From Felis catus (taxonomy: Eukaryota): DNA of 64,000 nucleotides. The DNA lies in contig NC_058383.1 of assembly GCF_018350175.1 (NCBI RefSeq), forward strand, positions 14,014,001 to 14,078,000. Direction: 5' to 3'. Below are positions 13,601 to 25,296 of the stretch, piece after piece. The stretch's first letter is position 1. The number at the start of each line of letters is the position of its first letter. A model generated the notes under the pieces. That model saw only the letters and a list, made by a program, of their open reading frames with translations. It was not told where the DNA came from and made no database searches. The position numbers and the translations under genes are program-made.

Positions 13601-13871
13601 AAGGTAGGAGAGAAGGGTAGGTGTCTCCATGGAGACAGAAGGAAGGGAAGGAAGGAAGTCAAAGGAATTCTTGGGTTGTGACTTCTCTTGGCCCCCGGGG
13701 AAGATAGGGGAAAGTCACCTGTGAAGAGTTGGAGGAGGGCGGGACATGGAACAATTTTAATGGAACAATTATGGAGCCAGTGAATATAGTAATAGCCAAT
13801 GGAATGATGGGTCAGGGCCTGATCAGGGACTGGCAAGGGTGTCAGAAGCCAAGGGTGTCAAATTTGTGGTC

Positions 13872-14080
13872 TTTTTTTTTTTTTTAATTATTCATTTTTT
13901 TTCTTCCAAAATTTAATTTAAGTTCTAGTTAGTTAACATGTAGTGTAATATCAGTTTCAGGAGAAGAATTCAGTGATTTGTCACTTACAAACAATGCCCA
14001 GGGCTCATCCCAGCAAGTGCCCTCCTTAATGCCCATCCCCCATCTAGCCCATCCCCCCACCCACGTTCCTCCATCAACCT
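13872..14080 (-). mobile_element. Carnivore L1 3' end, 5'-truncated
   Basis: Poly(T), then ttagttaacatgtagtgtaata...caagtgccctccttaatgcccatc. Confidence 0.85.
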
Positions 14081-14686
14081 ATAGATTTCTAGAAGTCTTA
14101 GGACCTGGAAATTCATGTAATCTTCAGTCACACTTGACCATTTTGGAGGAAGGTTTTTTTTTTTTTTTAAATAGGCAGTTGGATAGATCCCAACCTAAGG
14201 ATTTCCACACAGGGGTGGTGGGATAGAAATTTCTAAATAGAAATCTAGAAGAGATCAAAAAAGTGGGGGGGGGACGGGCAGGAAAAGAAGAGGAGTGGGG
14301 TTGCGGGTGCCTTATACGACTTCTGAGGAAGTGCTTTCTGAGTGATGGCAGGGGTCCAGCTAGAATCGAGGCGGGAGGTCAGGAGTACAGGATCTGCTTC
14401 CCTTTGCTATACCTCCTTTCCCCATTCACACCCATGTCCCCCAGGCTCACGTCTGGCCAGGTTTCTAGGCTTTTCTCCCCGCAGAAGACAGAGTTGGCAG
14501 TGGGAGGGGCCAGGGAAGTCACCTCCCCAGGGGGAGGCCCACACCCCACCTCACACGGGCCTCCTCGCCTGGGTCCTGGGCTCAGCCGGCAGAATTAGCT
14601 TGAGGGATAGATGGGTCACTACCCTCACCTCCCATCCCCAGAGTTTGGGGAGTGTAGCTAGTGAAACGTGAGCTGGGTACACTGTA

Positions 14687-14926
14687 TTTCTTTCTTTTCT
14701 TTTCTTTTCTTTTCTTTTCTTTTCTTTTCTTTTCTTTTCTTTTTTCTTTTCTCTTTTCTTTTCCTTTCCTTTCTTCTCTTCTCTTCTCTTTTCTCTTCTC
14801 TTTTCTTCTCTGTTTCTCTTCCCTTCCCTTCCTTCCCTATTTCTTTTCTTTTCCTTTCTTTTCTTTCTTTTCTTTTCTTTTCTTTTCTTTTCTTTTCTTT
14901 TCATCTTCTTTTCTTTTCTTTCTTTT
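14687..14926. repeat. (TTTTC)n compound polypyrimidine microsatellite, about 240 bp
   Basis: Directly visible. Confidence 0.97.
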
Positions 14927-16399
14927 AACTAGAACATGGTGAGCTGATCCCTTTCTTCATCCCTCCGAGATCACTGGGATGGAAATCAGGAAGTACCTTT
15001 TTATTGGCTAAAGGTGAGAAGCCAGGTAAACTCCCCCCTCCCCAAGCCTGCACTGGGTCACTCCTGATCATTCAGGAGGCCCCACACGCAGGGCCTGATT
15101 GGGATTCTGGGCACTGCACACACCGGGGCCGTCCTGTGGCCTGGCGGAAGGGAAGCAGGCCTGGATCACCAGCCCGTGACAGGACGTCGAAGGCACCGCA
15201 CTTCACCGAGCTGCATCATCGATTAGTCCCTCCCAGCCCCGCACCTGCCAATAGCTCTCTCAGCAGCCTTGCGGATGCCTGACGTGCTTGTCAGGGGATC
15301 GGGAGTGTCAGCGACATCCCAGCACCGAATCAATGAGGATCACCTACAGAATACTGAGCGTGACAAAGGACAGAGGGTCAGGGGAGTCATAATAATTGCG
15401 TATGGCTGGGCAAAAGCCCCTGGCTGAGAGCATTAAGGGGATTTTTTTTTTTCTCTCTCTCTCTCTCCAAAGACTCTCTCTGTGAAAGACACAGAAAGCA
15501 GGCCCTGGAGAAGCATTCACAGCTTCTCTGCTCAATGAGGCCGGATGTCTTTGCTGCATCAGAGCGGTCTGCGTGGCCAGGGCTGATAAAGGATGGAAAA
15601 ATACTTCTGTCTCCCCTACCCTGAAGTCTGGATCGCAGGGAAGCCGGACCGGTTTACATCCACACTGAGGCGTCCAGGTCAGACCTTTCTGGTTTCTTCC
15701 TGCTCTGTGATTCTGTGCCTAAAAGGTAACGTCTGCGACTCAATTGAACGTGCAGTATTGGGTTTTTCTTTTTCCGTGCACTTGAAAGTGCAACGCAAGT
15801 AGCGAGTGCCATTCTCTCTCTCAGCTAGAGCCTTCGTTCCAAAGTATGACTTGGCTTCTTGGCAAGAGGCTCCAAAAATAAAGTAGTTAAAAGTGATGCC
15901 TTCAGGAACTTTTAGGACAGCACAGCGTCTCCAGTCCAGGCTGCGACTGTTCTAAACACCATTGCTCTTTAAAAAAAAAAAATCCCTTACCCAAAAAAGC
16001 AAAGGCTCTCAGTTTCCTGACATTTCTTCGGTCTCTCCAAAAGGCAAGCCTGCCAATGGTAGGAAATGACGGTGTGGCAAGTCGCCGAGAAGTTTCTCTT
16101 TCAAGGACACGCCGCCAGCCACTTCTGGTGGCTCTGGACTCCGTCCTAGCTGGTTGACCCAGTTCGGCTGAGAATGTGATGCTAGAGAATTCTCCAGCCC
16201 TCCCCTTCCTGCTTGCACACAGGGGGACGGCCTCTACTGTAGATGAGGTCGTATTCCTTAGAAAGCGTCACGGCGCGCTGGCCATCAGCAATGCCATACG
16301 TCCACGCGCGACCAACACTGGCGCTTGTCTGGGACCACCGAAGACAAACGAGCCTCTCCCCAAGCCTACAACTACCGCGAAACATTACAGCTTCTCGTG

Positions 16400-16980
16400 G
16401 AGTGCCCGAGAAGCGGCAATTATTGGTTAAAAGCCATTTGAAGGTCCTATTACGTCGTCATGTAAAGCGGTCTTTTTCCCAGCGCGTGTTTATTGTCAAA
16501 GTCATACTCTAACAACATTAAGGCTATGAAAAACGGGAACAGTCCACTTCTAATACCTTCATCTGAACACAACTGCCATAAATAATAACACTGCAAGTAC
16601 ATTTCAGTAATAAGTCTTTGTCCACTTTTCTGGTTATTTCTTCCTAAGGTCATATTCCTAGAAGAGACATTATTGGCTCCAAGAGCCTGGACATTTTTAA
16701 AGATTATTGGTACGTTTTGCCAGATGGCTTTCCAGAAATAGTGTTTTACTGCCTCATTGTTGTCTAATTTACATTGCTCAGAGTATTAATGAGCTGGAAC
16801 AACGCTTCGAATGTTTATTAACCATTTACGTATCTTTCTATGAATTATTTGCTTACTTCCTCTGTCCCTATACCTTTTCTGTCAATTTGCGTGGGCTTTT
16901 TCTTTTTTATTAAGACTATCATATTTGTTGCCCAAATTTTCATTTGTCTCTTAATTCTACTGAGATTTTGATATACAGAA
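16400..16980 (-). mobile_element. Old L1 (L1ME-like) 3' fragments
   Basis: ttcctagaagagacattattggctc, gccagatggctttccagaaa, gaatgtttattaaccattt motifs. Confidence 0.5.
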
Positions 16981-17040
16981 ATTCAACATTTTTATGTATT
17001 TATTTTATAATTTTTTATGTTTACTTATTTTTAAAAACTT

Positions 17041-17252
17041 TTTTTTTTCAACTTTTTTTTTGGGGGGGGGACAGAGAGAGACAGAGCATGAATGGGGGAG
17101 GGGCAGAGAGAGAGGGAGACACAGAGTCGGAAACAGGCTCCAGGCTCCGAGCCATCAACCCAGAGCCTGACGCGGGGCTCGAACTCACGGACCGCGAGAT
17201 CGTGACCTGGCTGAAGTAGGACGCTTAACCGACTGCGCCACCCAGACGCCCC
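17041..17252 (-). mobile_element. Young CAN-SINE (innermost of nested trio)
   Basis: SINEC_Fc-type diagnostics; TSD taaaaac(t/a)tt at 17032 and 17253. Confidence 0.95.
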
Positions 17253-17260
17253 TAAAAACA

Positions 17261-17285
17261 TTTTTTTAAATGTTTATTTATTTTT

Positions 17286-17318
<33 letters not shown>

Positions 17319-17493
17319 TGAGTAGGGCAGGGGCAGAGAGGGAGAGAGAGAGAGGGAGACACAGAATCTGAAGCAGGCACCAGGCTCCGAGCTGTCAGCA
17401 CAGAGCCCGACGCGGGACTCAAACCCATGAACTGCAAGATCATGACCTGAGCCGAAGTTGGATGCTTAACCAACTGGGCAATGCAGGCACCCC
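17261..17493 (-). mobile_element. CAN-SINE body (middle of nested trio)
   Basis: gctgtcagcacagagcc diagnostics; TSD tacttattt at 17022 and 17494. Confidence 0.9.
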
Positions 17494-17494
17494 T

Positions 17495-17690
17495 ACTTAT
17501 TTATTTTTGAGAGAGAGACTGAGTGAGTGGGGAAGGAGCAGAGAGAGAGGGTGAGAGAGAATCCCAAGCAGGATCAACGCTGTTAGTACAGAGCCAAATG
17601 CGGGGCTTGAACCCACAAACTGTGAGATCGTGACCTGAGCCAAAACCAAGAGTAGGACGCTTAACTGACCGAACCCCTCAGGAGCCCCCC
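17495..17690 (-). mobile_element. Older CAN-SINE body (outermost of nested trio)
   Basis: aatcccaagcagg and accaagagtagg diagnostics; TSD caacatttttatg(t/c)at at 16984 and 17694. Confidence 0.9.
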
Positions 17691-17744
17691 CCCCAACATT
17701 TTTATGCATCTAAATTTATCCTACTCTCCCTCGTTAATTCCTGA

Positions 17745-17897
17745 ATAATAATAATATCACTTATTGGGCACTTGTTATATGTTAGGCCATCTGTTAGAGG
17801 CGTTGGGCTTATTTTCTATTTGGTCTGTAGGTAAAGCACCAGAGATAGGTTACGATATACCCATTAGACCGATGAGCATATGATAATAATGAAATAA

Positions 17898-17931
<34 letters not shown>

Positions 17932-18185
17932 GCTGACAGCGAACAATTACCGTGCCCTGGGTGTTGTTATAGGTACTTTAAATGTACTATTAGCTCATTT
18001 AAGACTCTAAACACTCCCACAAGGTAAGAATGATTATCATTCTTGTTTTATAGAGGAGAAAATGGAGGACAAAGAAGTTAAGTAAATTGTCCAAGGGTAC
18101 ACAGCAGGAAAGTGGCAGAATTAGCCGGTGATAAAGATACAGATCTCGGTCTGACTAAATCCACAGCCCAGATCTTTCTGCTTCT
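17745..18185 (-). mobile_element. Two MIR fragments with an (AAT)n tract at about 17882-17930
   Basis: ttttatagaggagaaaatggaggacaaagaagttaagtaaattgtccaagggtacacagc core. Confidence 0.7.
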
Positions 18186-18839
18186 CTGTATTCCTTACCT
18201 ATTCAATTGTAACACTTGGCTTGGCTTCTGTCATCCCATATTTAAGACCTCTATTTATATGGTTCTTGTTTTCTTCTTTTTCTCATATCTTTTGTTGCCC
18301 GAATTATGTCTTCTGTTGCATGATATTTCATCTGTTACGTAGCTTTGGAAGATAAACATCTTCTATTTTATTCTGTGGGCCCTCACAGTATCTGGGTTTT
18401 TGCTCCTTAATGCCACACCCCCCCCCAGGCAAAGTACCATACAAATAATATATAAAAAACCATCAGGATGATGCTTTGAAGGGAGATAACACTAATTTCT
18501 CTAACGTGAATTGTATATCTTGGTTTTATCCTTTTGTGTTGAAGGCTGCGGCTGTTTCCAGAAGTCATGCCTCTATATAATTGAAGTGAGTAGTTGGGAC
18601 GTTCAGACCTTCTATAAATTTTCTTTAGCAGAAGCTCACGAGACCAGCAGGAAGGGGGGGAGGCTGGAAAGAGTGTGGTGTGCGAGGGAAGAACAAATGT
18701 ATGGAGCACGTTCCAGAGCAAAGGGCCAGCATTGACTTTAGGGTCTTAGACGGTGGGACGGTGCCATTGTCACGGGCAGCTTTGCACAAATGCACGCTCT
18801 AGAGCCACCATGTGAGAGAACGTTTTCCTTCTTCTCGGA

Positions 18840-19870
18840 ATGCTTACTACTTTCAAATTTTGTTCTCACGGGGAGCTCGGGGCAGGCAGATAAGTTACTT
18901 GTGGATAACTTTTATCCCTCTGAGCTTTGCTTTGCTGGGGTGGCCTCTGAGTAGCCCTCACTCCAAGGATATTAAGCTCTCCGCCTAACGTGGGGGTCTC
19001 TGGAGTCTCCACCGGGTGATCAGCAAACACTCACCACTTGGGCTGGTTGGAACTCAAGAGTCCCCCAATTCTTATTCTGCTAAGTGAAGTAAGCCAGGCA
19101 GAGAAAGACAGATACCATATGTTTTCACTCCTAGGTGGATCTTGAGAAACTTAACAGAAGACCATGGGGGAGGGGAAGGGAAAAAAAAGTTACAGAGAGA
19201 GAGGGAGGCACACCATAAGAGATTCTTAAGGACTGAGAACAAATGAAGGGTAGATGGGGGGTGGGGGAGAGGGGAAAGTGGGTGATGGGCATTGAGGAGG
19301 GCACTTGTTGGGATGAGCACTGGGTGTCGTATGGAAACCAACTTGACAATAAATTATATTAAAAAGGGAAGAAAGAAGAGGAAAAAAGAGTCTCCCAATT
19401 CTGTGTGAGCTCTGGGACTTGTTGAGCTTGAAGACCCCAGTCATTCTCAAATAAGTCTTGCTTATTTTGGTGCTGCGTGCATAGACTACCACTCAAGCAA
19501 AGAATCAAGGGGACCCCTGTGCAGATTTACGGTGCACTTTTCTTGCAAAGCTTCCTGCTTTCCAAAACTCTGCCTTGAATTTCCAGCTGCCTGAGCCTCC
19601 CTAAGTATCAAGCTCTATCTCCTCAACTCGGCGAGGCGGCCCTGTTGTGTTCCCTACTCACGTTTTCTCGAGGTGAAGCCAGACAACCATACGGCCACCT
19701 CGTCTGTTTCTCTTCCCCTGGGTTCAGGGTCCTGTCCTACCCATGGCCCCAAAGTCTGAAAACTTTGGATTCGTAGTCCGAAGCCTGAAAACACCGTGTT
19801 CGGTTTTCTGGGTGTTTATGGTGGTGATGTGGTGACGTCCAATCCTCATTACTCCCGTGTGGTTCCCACA
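18840..19870 (-). mobile_element. Old L1M 5'-end fragment, split by a younger L1
   Basis: tcaaggggacccctgtgcagattt, ctgcctgagcctccc, ctcctcaactc motifs resemble L1M 5' ends; recalled similarity. Confidence 0.5.
19073..19385 (+). mobile_element. Felid L1 3' end, about 310 bp, 5'-truncated
   Basis: gctaagtgaagtaagccaggcagagaaagacagataccatatg...gatgagcactgggtgtcgtatgg...AATAAA; 17-bp TSD aagagtc(c/t)cccaattct at 19056 and 19386. Confidence 0.92.
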
Positions 19871-20742
19871 AGCGTGAGAACGATCGCAATACCACAGCCT
19901 AATGTGCCTGATGAGCGAATGCCCCTGTGTGAATCTGCTGCTCCCTCGATTCGTCTGAGGGTACTCAGGCTTCTCTGGGCTGAGTGTTCATATGTTGTTT
20001 AAAAAGATGTATTTTTTCCCTACAATATGGCCCTCTCGGTTCAAGTCAATTACTTCATCTGGTGCTCATTCGAAAAGCAAAGATCTGTCCCAGCAGGAGG
20101 AAAAACTCCCTGGTTGGATTTACTCAAGGTCCCGCTGAGCCGATTTTCCAAGGGCCATTTTTACTCCACACAATTTTTACCTTGTGGGCTGACTTAAGCC
20201 CCCCAACACCTCCCCCCTCCCCCCTGCCAAGACACAACTTCAAAATACTTAGATCGCCTTTCAGAGGTTGGGTGAACCTGCAGTCCTGCTTAGCAGCCAT
20301 AGGGGCGAGGAGTTTTGCTTTCGGCTGAGGGCTGATGGCTTCTCTTCTCAACTGGAGTTCCAGAATGCTCTGCCGCCAACCTTGCACTATTTATGAGAGC
20401 TCGTGTCCATTTTAACCCAGGCCTACTTCTACCTAATGACATGCTCATACCTACTAGCTTTCTTTAATGAGAGAACCTGGGTATTGTAAATCTGGGTGCG
20501 TTTGGTGTTAAATTTTCACTCTTCCTCCTGCAGGGTAAGCCTTCGTTTGCTCATTTGTAAGTGGTGGTAATGATTCCCACCTTGTGGGGTAGTTGGGACA
20601 ATTAAATGAGTTCATGCCCATTTAGTTTTCAACTCTCTGGCATGGCTTCTTAAATTCACCTCTCCACGGAAACTGCTTCCGTCAGAGTCACCGATGTCAA
20701 TGCCTGCCATGTTGTCAAATCCAAAAGACCTCTCTGCTTCCC

Positions 20743-20967
20743 TTTTTTTCTTTTTAATTTTTTTTAAGTTAATTTATCTTGAGAGATCGAGAGAGAGAGA
20801 GTGAGCAGGGGAGGGGCAGAGAGAGAGGGAGACACAGAATCTGAAGCAGGCTCCAGGCTCCGAGCTGTCAGCCCAGAGCCCGACGCGGGGCTCGAACTCC
20901 TGAGCCAGGAGATCGTGACCTGAGCCAAAGTCGGACGCTTAACCGACTGAGCCACCCAGGCACCCCC
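20743..20967 (-). mobile_element. CAN-SINE
   Basis: Full body and T-rich tail. Confidence 0.95.
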
Positions 20968-21867
20968 AGGCTTTTCCCTCTTGATGTCATATCCATATAT
21001 GTTTGCTAATTCCTTGAGCACACCAAGCTGTTGGGTTACCCTTGCCCTCGATCCTGTCTCTCCCCCTGAATTCTGATCTCTGCCTGCCGACTTCCTAGTC
21101 ATTTTTTAAGAGTCAGCTGAAAGGTCACTTCCCTAGAGAAATTTAATCCGTCTTTTCCTTTCCAGCATCTCTACCCCTTTCTTAACTTGTTCTCGGATTT
21201 TCTCTTGGCAAGTGAGCAGTCTTGATGGGGCAGGGTGTCAAGGTGTCCGATTTCCCCCATTCATTCCCACCGGCCCTCTAAGGAGTTATCACATGACCCC
21301 AGCTAAGCCAGTAAGTTGAATTTTGCTCAGATTGATCCAAGGGAGTAAAATCGTGGGAACGTATTTCTTCTGAGGGTGATGCCTGAGTAAGTCTGTTTGT
21401 TGGCTCCTGCTTCCAGATCCCTGAACTCCCATGGTTTCTGTCCTTCCCAAGGTTAACTTGTCCTATGTTAATTTTGATTCTCTGGGCTACTCTATCTCCT
21501 TTGAGCAAATGGGAATAAAGGGATTTATTTAAGGAATAAATAAAAATGCCTTATTTTTGTGTCAGGTAACACCTCTTTATGTTATTTACACTCGCACAGA
21601 AGCTGAGCTGATATGCATCCCAATCTCAAGTAGGCCCCACCTGGTTTTCTATCTTATACGACACCTGTAGTAATTTCCTAGGGTGACAGTAACCAAGTAT
21701 CCCAACCTGGGTGCCTTAAAACAACAGAAGTTTATTATCTCACAGATTGTGTGGCCATCTTGCCTCTCTCCGTCTCTGTCTTCAGAGAGAGGCATTCTCC
21801 TCTCTGTGTCTCTCTCCTTTTCTTATAAGGATACCAGTCACATCGGATTAAAAGCTGACCCTCCACT

Positions 21868-22081
21868 GGGGCGCCTGGGTGGCGCAGTCGGTTAAGCGTC
21901 CGACTTCAGCCAGGTCACGATCTCGCGGTCCGTGAGTTCGAGCCCCGCGTTGGGCTCTGGGCTGATGGCTCGGAGCCTGGAGCCTGTTTCCGATTCTGTG
22001 TCTCCCTCTCTCTCTGCCCCTCGCCCGTTCATGCTCTGTTTCTCTCTGTCCCAAAAATAAATAAACGTTGAAAAAAAAAAA
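21868..22081 (+). mobile_element. Young CAN-SINE (SINEC_Fc-type)
   Basis: Perfect 17-bp TSD aaaagctgaccctccac. Confidence 0.97.
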
Positions 22082-22206
22082 AAAAGCTGACCCTCCACCA
22101 ATATGACCTCATCTTAAACTAGCTAATTACATTTACAATGACTTTATTTCCAAACAAGGTCCATTCTGAGGTACTAGGGGCTAGCATTTCAACATAATTT
22201 CGGGGG

Positions 22207-22235
22207 GTCCTCGCTTCTGCAGCACAAGTTGGAAC
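22207..22235 (+). pseudogene. 3'-truncated (tailless) U6 snRNA retropseudogene
   Basis: gtcctcgcttctgcagcaca is 18/20 identical to U6 nt 1-20 (GTGCTCGCTTCGGCAGCACA), then agttggaac resembles U6 AATTGGAAC; flanked by 16-bp TSD aacataattt(c/t)ggggg. Confidence 0.8.
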
Positions 22236-22459
22236 AACATAATTTTGGGGGGACCCAATTCAATCTAGTGCCCTATTTTTTTTTCTTTTGTGGTGCTTTC
22301 ATTGTTTGCAAGTACATTTTTACTTGTGAGCCTACTCGTTTAAATCTTGTCTGCCCTATTAGTCCCTGAGGGCATAAACTGGGTTAGTTTTATCAAAACT
22401 CTCAACCCCGAGCCTAGCTCAGTCCCTGGTTGAACAATGATGTCAAATAGAACAACTAG

Positions 22460-22694
22460 GGGCGCCTGGGTGGCGCAGTCGGTTAAGCGTCTGACTTCAG
22501 CCAGGTCACAATCTCACGGTCCGTGAGTTCGAGCCCCGTGTCAGGCTCTGGGCTGATGGCTCAGAGTCTGGAGCCTGTTTCTGATTCTGTGTCTCCCTCT
22601 CTCTCTGCCTCTCCCCCGTTCATGCTCTGTCTCTCTCTGTCCCAAAAATAAATAAACGTTGAAAAAAAATTTAAAAAAAAATAAAAAATAAAAA
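22460..22694 (+). mobile_element. Young CAN-SINE
   Basis: TSD agaacaactag. Confidence 0.96.
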
Positions 22695-23789
22695 AGAACA
22701 ACTAGCTAAGGCCTGGCACGTCCAAGACTCCAAGAAATGATCGTTCTTTTTGATTCTTTACGGAACTACTGGAAAGTTCTACACTGTAAGTGTTTTACCA
22801 GAATCTACTGTATTCTGTGTATCCAAAGACAGGAAAGAGGATGGAGGTAAAATCCCCAAGAGGTATGTGTGTTCTTCTTTAAATATTAAGAGTCATATGT
22901 AGCTGAAGAATGCAATGGCCCTGCCTGGCCCCAGGTGTCTCTCAGGGGGCCATGAGTTTCCAAGTACGAATAAAAAGGCCCCCTCTATGACATTGTGGAG
23001 CACAGGGAGCCCTCGAGCTGTCTGAAAGGGTGTCTGCATCCCTGCCAGTGTTCATCCTTTACCTGGGCCATCCATTTCCCGCTGACAGGGCTTTCGCTGT
23101 CTGGCTTGGGCATGGAATATGAATCAGGCAATCCCCGGTATCCAGAATTAATCATTTCTCCTTCAAATGGATGGTGTACCCCCAGAGCATTGAGTTGGGC
23201 CAGAAGCTCGGGAGTCTGTTGTCTAAAATGATTTTCCAACTTGGCAAAAATGTTTCAGCTGGGAAGGAGGGAAGAGCTGAGTTAAGGAGGAGATTGTTAA
23301 AGCTTTGGGATAAGAACAATTATTGTGCAGAGTTGAGGTGAGATCTGACGGCTCACCGGTGGAAGGATGGCCAGGCCGTAGTGGGAAGGGTGGCAGGACC
23401 GATCAGGATGGGGGATCATGAATCTGCAGTGGCCTTTATCTGAGGGTGGTCTAAGTTTCTCTAGCAGGGCTCAGTCACCTGAGACCCAGAATGTGGATTT
23501 CACTCAGGGGTGGGTTTTGTTGGAGGGGAGTTGTGACGGAGGTGGGGGTAAGTGATTTGAGACTGGAAGTCTCCACAGGGCAAAAGAAAGAGGGGGGGAA
23601 TCCCTGAAAGGAGGTGAGGTTATAGTGTAGAGCATTAGCGTTTCAGATTTCAGAAGTGCAGGTATGCCGAGTGAAAGGGAGAGATCCATTGCAGATGGCT
23701 GAAATGGAGTAGAGGTGGAAGTCACTGGAATTGAAGAGGTCAAAGGCCCGGGAGGTGAGGGCAGCAGTGGGCTACTGTCTTTCCTCCAC

Positions 23790-24590
23790 ATCTACATCTC
23801 CAGGCCATGCCAGGCAGGCTTTGGGCCCACCAGTCAATGGAGACTATTCTCATCAAGGTCAACCATAACCACCCACTGCCAAATGTCTACTCCTCTTCGT
23901 ATCCCACCTGTTGGCAGCATTTAAGAAGTTGACCAATCCCTCTTCCTTGAAATGTCTCCTTATTCGGTGCTTGTGTCCATCTCTCCCAGCCACCCACTGG
24001 CCACTCCTTGTCTGTCTTTCGGACCGTCTAATGTGGATGTGCCCAGACTCCATCCCCGCACCTCTTCTCTACACTTGCCCCAGGTGTTCCTTCCCACCAC
24101 CATGGTTTATTTTATTTATTTATTTTTTAAACATTTTTATTTATTTTTGAGACAGAGTGAGACAGAGCATGAATGGGGGAGGGGCAGAGAGAAAGGCAGA
24201 CACAAAATCAGAAGCAGGCTCCAGGCTCTGAGCCATCAGCCCAGAGCCGGACGCGGGGCTTGAACTCACGGACCGCGAGATCGTGACCTGAGCTGAAGTC
24301 GGACACTTAACCGACTGAGCCACCCAGGCACCCCTACCACCACCATGGTTTAAATGCTGTCCCCACCCTGATGTCTCCCAGTGTCCATCCCTGGTCTCTG
24401 CCTTGCTCTTGAACCCTCGGTGCCTGGATCCAAACACTTTCTTGATGTTTCCAGTTAGGTGCCTAATTGGCAGTTCAACTTTAACATGCCCAAAATAGAT
24501 GATTCCCCCCTGACTAAACTTCCACCCCCACTGGTCCTCAGCTTAGATGCTGGTGACTCCACGCTTCTGGTCCCTTAGGCCTGCTGCACG
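23790..24590 (+). mobile_element. L2 fragment split by a SINE
   Basis: ctcatcaaggtcaacc, gcagcattt...ccctcttccttgaaa, aactttaacatgcccaaaa motifs. Confidence 0.7.
24110..24334 (-). mobile_element. CAN-SINE
   Basis: 16-bp TSD ccaccaccatggttta. Confidence 0.96.
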
Positions 24591-25078
24591 ATGCCTCGCT
24601 TCTCTGTGTTCTTGTTTTCATCTATGGAACAGAGTGAATAGTGGTGCTTACTATACAAAACTCTTACAAAAAAAAATTAATTGAATTATTGCATTTAAAA
24701 CACTTATTATTGTGTCCCAACCCATAGAAAATGCTCAATAGTTGTTACCTGTTGTTGCTATTAATATATATATATGCAAAACCCTGACTCTGCATTGCCT
24801 GCGGTTAACTGATAATGAGCTCTTGACAACGTAACTGACCCAAAGTGGAGCTGTTCTTGCTTAAAACCCATTAAGTCTGGCTTAACAAGAAAGAGCTCAA
24901 GTAGGCACGTAAGATTGGGGGAGGTAAGAAATTCCTTATTGCTATTTTAAATTTTGCTTTGGCCGCCAAAACATCTGCATAAAAATGAACATTACATCTG
25001 GATGAAAAGGAACATCTCTGCTTTCAGACATTCTGAGCCCATGAGGCCAAGTGTCTGGTCTTTGGCAAACCTTGGGTT

Positions 25079-25296
25079 GGCGCCTGGGTGGCGCAGTCGG
25101 TTAAGCGTCCGACTTCAGCCAGGTCAAGATCTCGCGGTCCCCGAGTTCGAGCCCCGCGTCGGGCTCTGGGCTGATGGCTCAGAGCCTGGAGCCTGTTTCT
25201 GATTCTGTGTCTCCCTCTCTCTCTGCCCCTCCCCCGTTCATGCTCTGTCTCTCTCTGTCCCAAAAATAAATAAACGTTGAAAAAAAAAAAAAAAAA
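25079..25296 (+). mobile_element. Young CAN-SINE
   Basis: Full body; TSD aaaccttggg with 8 extra nt (gacacact) after the tail. Confidence 0.95.

Larger units (their letters stand above)
21666..22270 (-). mobile_element. MLT1-family LTR hosting a SINE and a U6 fragment
   Basis: tgtagtaatttcctaggg...ttaaaacaacagaagtttattatctcacag...cttataaggataccagtcacatcggatta...atgacctcatctta. Confidence 0.85.

Noticed and set aside
14551..14942. K/R/E-rich and F/S/L-rich ORFs
   Set aside because: Translations of the (TTTTC)n microsatellite
19752..19792. aag(t/c)ctgaaaac direct repeat around a 17-nt mini-hairpin
   Set aside because: Too short to assign; no small RNA recognised in the insert
21848..22101. 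Recurring peptides such as MGQRETEHERGRGRERGRHRIG and MAQSVKRPTSAQV in many ORFs, resembling a gene family
   Set aside because: All are translations of CAN-SINE copies
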